NCBI GenBank assembly: GCA_029548865.1
Contig: JAKPMO010000024.1
Span: forward strand, 32,001-96,000
DNA length: 64,000 nt
Direction: 5' to 3'
Source of the DNA: Caldisericota bacterium
GTDB lineage: Bacteria; Caldisericota; Caldisericia; JAAYUI01
The position numbers and the translations under genes were made by a program. The notes under the pieces were generated by a model. That model was not told where the DNA came from. It saw only the letters and a list, made by a program, of their open reading frames with translations, and did no database searches. Position 1 is the stretch's first letter. Every line of letters starts with the position of its first letter. Positions 38,698-48,738 of the stretch are shown here, piece by piece.

Positions 38698-41600
38698 CTA
38701 TTTCTTGCACTTTGTTGAATCAGGTGGAATAATTACTGTTATCTGCTTGAGTGCATTGTTCCATTCGACTTTCTGCCCAAGTCCATCCTCAATGAACTTT
38801 CTCATTGGAAGGAAAACTGAACCCTTGTTATTCTCCGATGCTATTGGCATTGTAACTATAATAGGTTTTTTCCCTTTTTCCGTCTTGGTGAAGGTATTTT
38901 TGCCAATAGTATGAGTAATAATGGTTCCATTTGGCAATGTGATCGTTACCAATCCCGCTTTGTAATCTACTGTGCCACCCATCATCTTTTCTGCAAGATA
39001 TCTTAATGGGACAAGCGTATTACCTTTTGAAACATACGGGGTTGTGGGAAGTGGTGGATTTGGTTCTGCTCCGTTGATATTTGGCTGTTTGCCATCACCA
39101 GTGACCCAGAGTCTGGCTTCAGTGCCCCACCAGATTGTATACTTGAGCGTTGTCTTGTTGCCAGCCTGGTCAACAACTTCAAATGATACTTCGTTGGCAC
39201 CAAACTTCTTTGGCTGATAATCATAGTAGAACATGCCATCAGGCTCAACCTGTATTATCTGGGAGCCAACAGAAACAAGTGCTTCTGGCTCTGTTTTGCC
39301 CTGGATTTCAATCGTATTGCAGTTTGAGGATTCTGCCGGGCCTGGCTTGATTATGCTGGCCTGTGGTGCAATTGTATCCTTAATGATGGTGACCTGTTTT
39401 GTCTGGCTGTTACCCGCATCATCTTCCGCGACGACCGTGAAGACATTTTTGCCCTCATTGAGATTAACAATACTTTCAAAGTAGCCGGCATTCGGAACCT
39501 TCGTTGTGTCACCTTTTGGGTCAGGCTGGACAATTGGGACCTGCTTGCCATTGATAAGTATGTTTGGAACAACAAAGCGGAGCTTTTCAGTGTCCTCATA
39601 CATTGCAAGTTCAGTTGAATCGCCAATGCCTGCAATCTTGTAGGTATTGTCCCTTGTGAGGACAGTGTCGCCAACTGGATAGGTTATGTTGAACGTCGGG
39701 GCAATTGTATCAATCTTGAAATCGTAAGATTTGAGCTCTTCTGTCCCATAGGTGTCCTCAGCATACCAATACAAGGTGTCGATGCGCTGTGCATCGGCAA
39801 GCGGTGACCAATTTCCAGGCTCCCACTTGATGTACTGGTCTTTCTTCCAGTTCCACCAGACCTTTATTGTTGCGGTTTTGGAAGTGCAAACAAAATCAAT
39901 TGACGGCGGATGGACAAACCAGCCATTTTTGCCGTCTGGCTGTGGCGGCTTTATTAAAAGTGTTGTTTCAGGGATTGGAGGAGCGATAAAGAAAGACACC
40001 GACTCCCCGCCCTGTTGATCCTTACTAGTTACCATAGTGATTTTGTAGTCTGTCGAGCTAACTTCCGGGGACACAATTCCAGAAGTTGGACTGATAACAA
40101 TTTTGAAGACTCCACCACTCTGGATCTTTGATGGTATTTGGATTGTGAGCACATTACCAGAGCCAGTTGCAGACTGCACCTGCACACCATTGATAGTTAT
40201 ACTGTCCGGAGGGATGTCCTTCGGCATAATGGTTGTATTTGGGAAAGTAAGTGTAAACGATGATCCAGTATCAAGGTCACCAGTAAAGGCAAGGCTCCCC
40301 TCAATGACCCAGGTAGCTATGGCTTTTGCATTGATTGGTTTCACTAAAACATTGTCAATGGTGATGCGTTTGATGATGATTGAGTATTCGTCTGTTGTGA
40401 GGACACCATCAGAACCTTGTGACGTAAACTTGATCGCATAAGAACCTGGTTGTTCAGGATTTCTTATCTTCGAGGCTTTCGTGAATTCAATCATTACTCC
40501 GCCCGGCTGGATTACTTTTGGTGCATAGAGCTGAACCTTAAGTTCATCAATGACAACTCTTGGTTTTAGCTTGCACGGTGTTCCATCAACCAATACTGAA
40601 TCAGCCTGGATGAATTGATTAACTGTTGTTCCTTTTGGGAAAGAAACTTCGATAATGTCATTTTCTTGCAGTTTGTTTCCAATCTCCACGGAGAACTTGT
40701 AATCTGCAATCTGGGAAGCATAAGGAGGATCAACGACTGGCCTTTGACCTGCTCTTTTTATTTCATAAGGATTTGAATCAACAATCGTTGGTTCAAAATT
40801 GGTATAGATCTTTACCTGATAGCTCCCTCTTGTTGGAGGGTTGATTATTCCAGCTTTTTCAGAGATCTGAACATCAACCTTGCCGCTATTTTCTATTGAG
40901 ATAGGGGTAATGAAAGACATGGTGCTTGATAACTGGTGAATGTTTACATCAACGCTAAGAGGCATCCCGTTGACCTTTACAAGTGATGGGTCAATTGTGG
41001 CAGGAAGCTTTGTCGTCTTTGGGAAAACAACAGTAACACGGGATTCTCTGGCGTCAATCGAACCACCTTCACCAACATTGAATGAAATATTATATCCAGA
41101 AGCTTCTCCAATTGCTGGATTCGTAAGTATGACATTGGCAGGTGAAACTTGTGAACGCACGACTTTTAGGGCATTTGAGAAAATAACATCAGGTTCAGCC
41201 TCTGTTGATATGCCAACCTTGTAATAGCCTGGTTCAGGGGCATTTGTAAAACCAGCTCTATCGGCAATTGTTATTGGAACTGGATCATATGGGCCATTTG
41301 GGTCAAGCTGTATGTGGGTTCTGAAGAGGATCGAGTTTTCATTGTCAAGCCCAAACTTCTCAATAAATTCAGGATTCTTGCGCTTGTTGGTCTTTATTTC
41401 CGGAAGACCCTGGCATTTTGTGCATGGAGAGGTTCCAATATAAATGGAAGTCAATATTCTCTCAAGCTCATGGTCCCAATATTCGGAATAGCCACCTTTT
41501 GGCGGAACATCCGGCATAGTCCACTCTGGTGGGAAAGTCACCTTAAGCCAGCCATGTATTCCAACCGTTTCATTAATATCAATAAGAACCTTATATGTTG

Positions 41601-41748
41601 CCGATGTTGAAACCTGTGATGGCTTGAAGTACCAGATGTTGAAATTCGATATTTTTTCAGTCCTTGCATAAGAGGGTGACGGGATATTGACAAACAACGA
41701 GAGAATTATTGCCAGGATTGCCAGGAACGTAGAAGTTCTCTTCATCAT
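38698..41748 (-). CDS. Large secreted protein: PCxxCQG N-terminal domain, repeated beta-sandwich/Ig-like domains, C-terminal stalk domain
   Basis: Signal peptide; repeats VVFPKTT/VSFPKGTT/LTFPNTT with (I/V)xNG and I(I/R)NP; DTIAP Ig modules; TLVPLRYLAE..VFLPMRKFIE; AGGAGG RBS. Confidence 0.8.
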   Translation of the reverse strand: MMKRTSTFLAILAIILSLFVNIPSPSYARTEKISNFNIWYFKPSQVSTSATYKVLIDINETVGIHGWLKVTFPPEWTMPDVPPKGGYSEYWDHELERILTSIYIGTSPCTKCQGLPEIKTNKRKNPEFIEKFGLDNENSILFRTHIQLDPNGPYDPVPITIADRAGFTNAPEPGYYKVGISTEAEPDVIFSNALKVVRSQVSPANVILTNPAIGEASGYNISFNVGEGGSIDARESRVTVVFPKTTKLPATIDPSLVKVNGMPLSVDVNIHQLSSTMSFITPISIENSGKVDVQISEKAGIINPPTRGSYQVKIYTNFEPTIVDSNPYEIKRAGQRPVVDPPYASQIADYKFSVEIGNKLQENDIIEVSFPKGTTVNQFIQADSVLVDGTPCKLKPRVVIDELKVQLYAPKVIQPGGVMIEFTKASKIRNPEQPGSYAIKFTSQGSDGVLTTDEYSIIIKRITIDNVLVKPINAKAIATWVIEGSLAFTGDLDTGSSFTLTFPNTTIMPKDIPPDSITINGVQVQSATGSGNVLTIQIPSKIQSGGVFKIVISPTSGIVSPEVSSTDYKITMVTSKDQQGGESVSFFIAPPIPETTLLIKPPQPDGKNGWFVHPPSIDFVCTSKTATIKVWWNWKKDQYIKWEPGNWSPLADAQRIDTLYWYAEDTYGTEELKSYDFKIDTIAPTFNITYPVGDTVLTRDNTYKIAGIGDSTELAMYEDTEKLRFVVPNILINGKQVPIVQPDPKGDTTKVPNAGYFESIVNLNEGKNVFTVVAEDDAGNSQTKQVTIIKDTIAPQASIIKPGPAESSNCNTIEIQGKTEPEALVSVGSQIIQVEPDGMFYYDYQPKKFGANEVSFEVVDQAGNKTTLKYTIWWGTEARLWVTGDGKQPNINGAEPNPPLPTTPYVSKGNTLVPLRYLAEKMMGGTVDYKAGLVTITLPNGTIITHTIGKNTFTKTEKGKKPIIVTMPIASENNKGSVFLPMRKFIEDGLGQKVEWNNALKQITVIIPPDSTKCKK

Positions 41749-41842
41749 AAATGCCTCCTTAAAAAGCTTTATTACAGACTATTTTACCTTTCCACAAGTA
41801 CAACCTTAAGCCTGTTAAGGTTTTCAAAACATAAGCTCATTC

Positions 41843-41871
41843 TTGACTTTGTTTCTTTACTTTGTTAACAT
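41843..41871 (+). promoter_or_regulatory. Putative sigma70 promoter (TTGACT-17-TAACAT, extended TG)
   Basis: Directly upstream of the MFS gene. Confidence 0.55.
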
Positions 41872-41886
41872 TTGCGAAGCCACAAA

Positions 41887-43170
41887 ATGCAGATAAATCC
41901 AACGCAATTTAAGTTCAATGGACAATATCGCCAAAACCAAATTTTTACTTTTTTTAAGACATATCCAATAAACACAAGGCTTATTTTAATGGCTACTTTC
42001 TTTGCGGGTCTTGGTGCCGGAATAAATGAAGTCAACTTCAACTATTACCTATTGTCTCTCGGATACAATGAAATTTTTATTGCTACGCTCACCTCTCTCG
42101 GAACATTAACGGCAGCAATTGCTTCCATACCAATGAGCTTTCTCGTCAATAAAGTAGGCAGAAGAAACGCAATTGTAATTAACCAGCTGATTTCATGGCC
42201 ATTGTTTCTATTGCAGGTCCTATTGCCAATTTCTCCAATAATCCTGGGCGCTTCGGTAGTTAGCTCGCTGGTCTCAACAATGCAGGGGCTTTCAGAAAGA
42301 CCGCTTCTCATTGAATCGACTGAAGAAGGCAAAAGGGTAAATGTTTTTTCTCTTGTGACCATGACATCCCTGGTTGCCGTAATTTCCGGGAATTTCTTTG
42401 GTGGAAAATTAACTTATCTTGCAACGCAAATGTTCTCCCTGCCCGCCGAATCGCCATGGGCTTACAGGGCAGCGCTTTTTTGCACATCCCTTCTCTCTGG
42501 GATAGCCATGAACTGTTACTTGAGACTAAAGCATGTCCCGATAAGTGCGGACCACCTAGACACAAGAACAAACAGCCATTTTTTCAAAAGGCTCTTCGGC
42601 AACCTGGAGAGTTTTGGTTTCATCTGGAAGCTGCTTCTGGGACAAATGCTCATTGGATTTGGAGCAGGATTCACTGTTCCACTCTTCTCCCTTTTCTTCA
42701 AAAAGGTGTATCATGCCACCGCGGACCAGTGGGGAACAATAAGTTCCATAGCCAAATTGCCAATGTTTTTTGGCGTCATGATATCCCCAAAAATAGCGAG
42801 GAAGTTTGGCAGCTTGAAAACTGTTGTGTTCTGCCAGTACTTGTCCATACCATTTCTCTTGCTCACGCTTTATTCTCCAAACATAGCTGTGGCAGGTTTT
42901 GGGTTTGCAATAAGACATGCTCTTATGAACATGACAGAACCAATCTGGGCAAGTTTCTACATGGGTATGTTGAAACCAAAGGAGCTTAGCACTGTTTCAA
43001 GCTTTATAACTGTTGGATGGAACACATTGAATGCCACAGGAACAAGAATTGGTGGAAGCTTCCTAGAAAGCGGCAAACACCAGTGGAGTTTCTATATAAC
43101 TGGCCTCGCCTATATCATTGCATCAAGTTTCTATTCGATTGTCTGGCGAAAACACATGCGCAAAACATAA
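41887..43170 (+). CDS. MFS transporter
   Basis: LVNKVGRRN and IARKFGSLK motif-A loops, about 12 TMs; start taken at ATG 41887. Confidence 0.88.
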   Translation: MQINPTQFKFNGQYRQNQIFTFFKTYPINTRLILMATFFAGLGAGINEVNFNYYLLSLGYNEIFIATLTSLGTLTAAIASIPMSFLVNKVGRRNAIVINQLISWPLFLLQVLLPISPIILGASVVSSLVSTMQGLSERPLLIESTEEGKRVNVFSLVTMTSLVAVISGNFFGGKLTYLATQMFSLPAESPWAYRAALFCTSLLSGIAMNCYLRLKHVPISADHLDTRTNSHFFKRLFGNLESFGFIWKLLLGQMLIGFGAGFTVPLFSLFFKKVYHATADQWGTISSIAKLPMFFGVMISPKIARKFGSLKTVVFCQYLSIPFLLLTLYSPNIAVAGFGFAIRHALMNMTEPIWASFYMGMLKPKELSTVSSFITVGWNTLNATGTRIGGSFLESGKHQWSFYITGLAYIIASSFYSIVWRKHMRKT

Positions 43171-43208
43171 AACAAAAAAGGGCCGCACAAAGCGGCCCTT
43201 TTTTGTTT
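43170..43208. terminator. Bidirectional intrinsic terminator
   Basis: AAACAAAAAAGGGCCGC-ACAAA-GCGGCCCTTTTTTGTTT. Confidence 0.85.
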
Positions 43209-43221
43209 AAGCTAATTTAGA

Positions 43222-45678
43222 TCATCCAATCTTCGGGTTTGGCGGGTAGTATATATTGATCGTTTTTGACTGGGCTATCCATTCAACAGTTGCGCCAAGC
43301 GCTTCACCAACTGCCCTCAGTGGGACCATTGTGCTTCCTTTGACAATTACTGGTGCTGCTGTGAACTCAACTTCCTTATTATTGACAAGTGCCGTTTTAC
43401 GCCCGATCCAGAGAACAACTGTTCTGTCTGCAAGAACATACGTCACTTTTTTTTCATTGGCGTCCCAGTCAACCTTTGCGCCAAGTGCCTCTCCGATGAA
43501 ACGAAGTGGGACAAATGTTGAACCACCAATAATTGATGGTGGGTTGGCCATTGAAACCTGTTTGTCATCAACAGTGGCTGTTGGTGAATTTACTTGTAAA
43601 ATTATGAGTTTTCCCTTTTTAATGCCTTTGCACTCGATTTCGATATTGCCACCATTGCTTTTTATGGTGATTTTGGCGGTTGAGCCCCAATATTCCATCT
43701 TCTCTGAAAACGCCTTTACCGTGAATATAGTTTCATTGCCGGTCAATTTATTTCTGGAGACTTCCACCCAGTTACCCTGAAGTTCAATTGTTCCATCAAG
43801 AACACCGTTTCCAGAATTCTTTATGGTTATCTGTTTTGTTGGGTTCTCTCCTTGTTTGATCATTCCAAAATCAAGAGATTTTTGATCTGAGGAAATTTTT
43901 GGAGAAATCTTTTCTTTCTGGAAGACCTGAACTCTTAAATTGCCGTAATCCAGCACATACAATATACCATTCGTTGATCTTACTTTCGTAGGTTTTCTAA
44001 ATGTGCCTAGATCGGACCAGTAATCCTTGATGGTGTCTCTGGGCTTCGAAGGACTTGTCGAACCTATTGAATAGGCGAAAACTCCGTCAAGGCCAAAAAC
44101 AGCAAGCCTGTCATTGCCAGTATCTGCAACTATAATCTGGTAATCACTCGTCAAAGTAAAACTTTCAGGTCTTGAAAGTAATTTCTCACCAAACATCCTG
44201 ACAAACGTTCCATCCGGCTTGAAAACCTGTATCCTCGAATTGACCGCTTCAAGTACATACACATTGCCATCAGGCCCAACAAAAACATCGGACGGTTCGG
44301 CAAGCTGACCTTCTCTCACACCTTGCGACCCAAACTGGTAAACAAATTTACCTATTTTATTGAACCTTATTACTGTGGCTTTTTCACGGTCAACAGCAAG
44401 AATTTCGCCGTCTTTGGACTGGGAAAATGAAGCAATATTTTGAGATACCTTGTCAACATTTACCACATCTGTGGAGGGATTTCCAGAACAATCATAAGTT
44501 CTAAGGGTGCTATTTGAAGGATTATATGCAAGTATACTCCCTCCCTGAGAGGTTGAAAGTGTCAGTTTGACAGCATTTTGTCCATATTGTCTTGTCCCGG
44601 TAACACCATTCTGGCCAAAAAATTGCATGTCATTTCTGTGGGAATCAAAAACTGCAAAACCATTTTGCCCACAAACCGCAAGATCAACAGGATTCCCGAA
44701 CTGTGTTGACTTGCCACCAAATGCACCAAATTCACCAAGGTATTTACCTTGAGAATTTGTTGCAAAAAATTTGGAGCCATCAACTGCATAGATATTCCCA
44801 TTAAAAGCAACGCAAAAAGCCAGAGGCACAGAACCAAATCCTGCAATTGCAAATTCTGAAATTTTGCTGCCTGTTTTGTCATAAACTCTTACTATAGAAG
44901 AATTATTGCCCATAAAACAAATATTACCTTTTGGGTCAAATCGTACTTGTCCGGCAGATGGATTGAAGCTTTGACTGGTTTCTACCGGAAATTCAAGCTC
45001 TTTCTGTCCATTTTTGTCAAAAACAGTTATTTTTATTGAATTAAATGGTATTTTATCTACAGGCTCTTCGCCGATTGTTGGAGGAGTTATAGTGATTATG
45101 GCTACTGATCCATCTTTGTTTATACCACCACCATCAATTGTTGTAACATCTTTGCCTATATCAATAAATCTCGATACAAGCTTCCCTTTATCCGAAATCT
45201 TGAGTAAACCGGACACCGAGTCTATAACCGATATTGACTGGTCAGAATTCAATCTGGCAATAATCGGGTTAACAATGCTCTCACTGCCAATTCTTATCTT
45301 GGTAAGAATTTCTCCAGTCCTGTTTGCTCTTATAATCTCACTTCCAGTTATATAGCAGACAATGCCTTCTGAAGCAGAGATATTTGATTTTATCCTGCTT
45401 AAATCAATATAATCTGGGATCGCAAAAGATTTGTTCAAAATGCCATTTTGCATGTATATAGAACAAGTTTTGCTTGCAGAATCGACAACATATATCCAGG
45501 CACCAGATGATTCATCGATGCCTACTGCAGTTGGCCTTATCAATTCACCCGCAAGAGGGCCGTAGCCAATCGCCTTTACTGGAGTGTATCTTTCCTCAGC
45601 GGAGTAAACGGCCCCGGACAAAGAAGCAAAACACAAGGGCAGAACGAACAAGACAGCAATTTTTTTCCAAACAGCCAT
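43222..45678 (-). CDS. Secreted NHL-repeat protein with BACON/Ig-like and C-terminal stalk domain
   Basis: NHL repeats GQLAEPSDVFVGPDGNVYVLEAVNSRIQVF; LDFG..ITIKNSGNGVL; STFVPLRFIGEALGAKVDWD; ATG 45678 has AGGAGG RBS. Confidence 0.85.
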   Translation of the reverse strand: MAVWKKIAVLFVLPLCFASLSGAVYSAEERYTPVKAIGYGPLAGELIRPTAVGIDESSGAWIYVVDSASKTCSIYMQNGILNKSFAIPDYIDLSRIKSNISASEGIVCYITGSEIIRANRTGEILTKIRIGSESIVNPIIARLNSDQSISVIDSVSGLLKISDKGKLVSRFIDIGKDVTTIDGGGINKDGSVAIITITPPTIGEEPVDKIPFNSIKITVFDKNGQKELEFPVETSQSFNPSAGQVRFDPKGNICFMGNNSSIVRVYDKTGSKISEFAIAGFGSVPLAFCVAFNGNIYAVDGSKFFATNSQGKYLGEFGAFGGKSTQFGNPVDLAVCGQNGFAVFDSHRNDMQFFGQNGVTGTRQYGQNAVKLTLSTSQGGSILAYNPSNSTLRTYDCSGNPSTDVVNVDKVSQNIASFSQSKDGEILAVDREKATVIRFNKIGKFVYQFGSQGVREGQLAEPSDVFVGPDGNVYVLEAVNSRIQVFKPDGTFVRMFGEKLLSRPESFTLTSDYQIIVADTGNDRLAVFGLDGVFAYSIGSTSPSKPRDTIKDYWSDLGTFRKPTKVRSTNGILYVLDYGNLRVQVFQKEKISPKISSDQKSLDFGMIKQGENPTKQITIKNSGNGVLDGTIELQGNWVEVSRNKLTGNETIFTVKAFSEKMEYWGSTAKITIKSNGGNIEIECKGIKKGKLIILQVNSPTATVDDKQVSMANPPSIIGGSTFVPLRFIGEALGAKVDWDANEKKVTYVLADRTVVLWIGRKTALVNNKEVEFTAAPVIVKGSTMVPLRAVGEALGATVEWIAQSKTINIYYPPNPKIG

Positions 45679-45737
45679 GTTACCTCCTGTAACACTTACC
45701 ATTTTATTATACACCAAGTTCAAATGGTAATGTAAAG

Positions 45738-46379
45738 TCACAACCTCCACGAATGCGCATCCAGAAAAGCACCACCCAGGTGCTGCGTAGAGTTAAGTGT
45801 TTGCAGGACCCAGTTCTCATCATGCCGTGAGAAAACGCTTATCGAGCAATTGTCCATCCCTATCAAACCATTATAGGAGCTGGCAGAGACACCAAGGACA
45901 TATGGCACCATTGCCCAAAGTACACCGCCATGGGAGATGAGCAGAATATTTTCTCCCTCATGTTCACGAGCAATCATTTCGCAGGATTCAGATATTCTCT
46001 TTGAAAAATCGACAATGCTTTCCCCACCCTCCAATGTGAAATTTGAATCGTTAACAAAATTTTCCCAGGATTCATGGTTTTTCAAATCATCAATCTTTTT
46101 GCCATCAAATATACCACATGCACGTTCCCTGAACCTCTCATCAAAACAAACATCCAGCCCAAGTTGTTTTGAAATGATGAGGGACGTTTGTTTTGCCCTC
46201 TGAAGATCAGAGCTGATTATGGCATTTATGCCGGCATCCTTCAGGACCAAGGCAACCCGTTCTGCCTGGGCAATTCCCTTTTCCGTAAGGCTGGAATCAT
46301 GCCAACCGCACAGAATTCCCTCGCTGTTTCCTGTACTTTCACCATGCCTGACCAAAATCAATCTTGTTATTCTCGACAT
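45738..46379 (-). CDS. Histidine phosphatase family protein (phosphoglycerate mutase-like)
   Basis: LVRHGES, SSDLQRAKQT, GGES, ISHGG. Confidence 0.92.
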   Translation of the reverse strand: MSRITRLILVRHGESTGNSEGILCGWHDSSLTEKGIAQAERVALVLKDAGINAIISSDLQRAKQTSLIISKQLGLDVCFDERFRERACGIFDGKKIDDLKNHESWENFVNDSNFTLEGGESIVDFSKRISESCEMIAREHEGENILLISHGGVLWAMVPYVLGVSASSYNGLIGMDNCSISVFSRHDENWVLQTLNSTQHLGGAFLDAHSWRL

Positions 46380-46443
46380 TTTTGCTCCTGTGATTTTATG
46401 TTATAATACAAACTACAAAACAAAAACGTCAAGGAGTCACGCA

Positions 46444-47391
46444 ATGAAGAGCGCCAACCTGTCGAAAGAACTTTTTGAGTCCGAGGGCAAGCAAATAATC
46501 GAGAAAATAGGCCCTGGCGTATTGCAAAACATCAGCGTCGGATTAATAAACGGTGAGCACATCTTTGATGATCCCAGTCAAATTGCCAAGTTCCAGGTTT
46601 TCATGTTTGAACAGGATGAAAACCTGCAAAACAAGATAAGTGATGCCCTAGAAACAAGATTGCCAAAAACTTACAAAGGCAGAAATGTTCCATTTTCAGA
46701 CGAAAATGGCGTATATGTATGGTTCTGGCCAGACTTTACAGAATATATTCTTGGCCTCAGGAGAAGACCAATCGATCCAATCTCCTATGCCAAAGTTTCA
46801 GAGGCGCAGTTTTATGCACTGCTTTCCGGCACAATCTTCTGGGATCCCAGCTACGAACTCCAGAGGGCGCAACTCCAGTGGGACCACATGCCGCAAGAAG
46901 TATGGTACTGGAGACACCACTGGATATTCAGGAACCTCGAAAACAGGAAACTTGTACGACTCGTCATCGAAGACGACGATAAACTGACCGCAAAAATGAT
47001 GATTTCAAGGTATATCGAGTGGACGATCAGGCTGAGTTTTCTCGCCGCAAGGAAATATTCCCCCAGAAGATCTCTGTTGCTTGAAGCACACAGTCAGCTC
47101 CAAAAAACTGAGGAAATACATCAATTGATAACATCGGCAATCGAGAGTCACTCGGCCGAAGGGGCGCTTGAAAAAATAGAAAAGGCCATCATGGCAATAA
47201 GGCTGAAGATGATCGAAAAAAAATACTTGCCAGAAAATATCGGGCTTGATGAGAACGGAAACACAGATTGCCTTGCCATGTCAGAATACTTCCTGTCGGC
47301 AATGCCTGGCGATTTCAGGAAACAGGCTTCAAGGGTCTGCCCGGTTGATCTTTTGGGGTCGCTGGAGCAAAGGGCAAAAAATACGCCATGA
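46444..47391 (+). CDS. Hypothetical protein, distantly DUF4037-like
   Basis: LSKELFE..ISVGL..FDD and SGTIFWDP..MPQEVW resemble DUF4037 proteins; ATG 46444 has AGGAG RBS. Confidence 0.5.
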   Translation: MKSANLSKELFESEGKQIIEKIGPGVLQNISVGLINGEHIFDDPSQIAKFQVFMFEQDENLQNKISDALETRLPKTYKGRNVPFSDENGVYVWFWPDFTEYILGLRRRPIDPISYAKVSEAQFYALLSGTIFWDPSYELQRAQLQWDHMPQEVWYWRHHWIFRNLENRKLVRLVIEDDDKLTAKMMISRYIEWTIRLSFLAARKYSPRRSLLLEAHSQLQKTEEIHQLITSAIESHSAEGALEKIEKAIMAIRLKMIEKKYLPENIGLDENGNTDCLAMSEYFLSAMPGDFRKQASRVCPVDLLGSLEQRAKNTP

Positions 47392-47421
47392 AATAGAACC
47401 AAAATAATGGGGAGGTGCCAA

Positions 47422-48624
47422 ATGAGGAGGTTTTTATCTTGTCTTTTTGTGTTACTTGTAGCTATATGTTGTAGTTGCTCTCAACCTCCAATGAAACTCA
47501 GAACAACAATTATTGGCAAGAATCCAATCAATGGTGTTTATATTGAGGATATTTATGATTTAAATTCACACAGTTACTACAGCATAATCGCAGATGGAGA
47601 TGTACTAAAGATATGCGACAAGAAGACAAGGTCTCTCATTTTCTCGGAATTGAAGCTTCCTGGAGCAGCCATATCGAGCTATTATGCAGAACATAAATAT
47701 TATATGATTTGCAAATCTCAAAAAGGCAACTCGCTGGTTTGCTTCTCATATGATGACACCCTTCGTAAGCTAGAATTGCACAAAAAATTTGAGGTTAAAA
47801 CACAATCCTCACAGATTGTAAGTGAATTGCCAGGTATGGATGGTGTCATTACCCAATCAGAAGATAAAACAATCTTGTATTTATATACGAAAGGTAAATT
47901 AATAAAAAGCATCAAATACTCCAAACCTACAATCTGGTGGCATCCCAATTACTACGATCATTTGCAAAATATTGGTTTCGATGGACAGGATTTGATTTTT
48001 CAAACAGATAGCGATCATGATGGCATTTTTTATGAAATTAGGGAAAAGATCAAAGAACCATCATCAATTGATAATGCTTTCTTTCAGCCTACTGGATGGT
48101 ATGAACGATATGTTGATCTTTATGACGGAATAAATCTCTGGAGAATCGAAACTTGTTTAAATGGATTAGGCAATATGCACATTAAGGGCCCTCTTGAAAT
48201 TAAAAATTTAAAGAAAGGATTCAATCAAATTCTATACCCTTATGAAAAGGGCCTTTGTAGGGTGGAAATTAGTAAAACCGATTCCAGTAAGTTAGTTTTG
48301 AAGCATATTGATGATAGGAGCATGTATCCGGTTGTCGAATTCTCAAGAAATTGGACCATTCCTGCAGGCTATTATCTTTATGGATGCAAGGAAAACGACA
48401 GTTATGAATTGAAATGCTATAAGTTTTTCTGGGAAGATATTGAAAATAGTGACAGAAATTTAGCCTATAAAGAGTGCGATGTCGAGGCTGTCGATTCTAG
48501 AGAGGGTATTATAAGTGGCGACTATTATAACCCGAATAATGATTATTCAAGCAGTAGAGATGTTTCTTTTATTATTTTTACTAAAGATGGCATTTATTAC
48601 ATTCCTGATGCCACAAACTGGTGA
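47422..48624 (+). CDS. AT-rich hypothetical lipoprotein
   Basis: MRRFLSCLFVLLVAICCSC lipoprotein-like signal, GGAGG RBS; Tyr/Asp-rich. Confidence 0.65.
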   Translation: MRRFLSCLFVLLVAICCSCSQPPMKLRTTIIGKNPINGVYIEDIYDLNSHSYYSIIADGDVLKICDKKTRSLIFSELKLPGAAISSYYAEHKYYMICKSQKGNSLVCFSYDDTLRKLELHKKFEVKTQSSQIVSELPGMDGVITQSEDKTILYLYTKGKLIKSIKYSKPTIWWHPNYYDHLQNIGFDGQDLIFQTDSDHDGIFYEIREKIKEPSSIDNAFFQPTGWYERYVDLYDGINLWRIETCLNGLGNMHIKGPLEIKNLKKGFNQILYPYEKGLCRVEISKTDSSKLVLKHIDDRSMYPVVEFSRNWTIPAGYYLYGCKENDSYELKCYKFFWEDIENSDRNLAYKECDVEAVDSREGIISGDYYNPNNDYSSSRDVSFIIFTKDGIYYIPDATNW

Positions 48625-48688
48625 TTCAAGATTAATTCTTGGTGCACAAAAATATAATTCCTGTAATTATTTTCGCAATTCCAAACTA

Positions 48689-48716
48689 AAACCCCCTTGG
48701 TTTTCCAAGGGGGTTT
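48689..48716. terminator. Intrinsic terminator between convergent lipoprotein genes
   Basis: AAACCCCCTTGG-TTTT-CCAAGGGGGTTT. Confidence 0.75.
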
Positions 48717-48738
48717 ATCATTTTTGCCACTCTATCGT

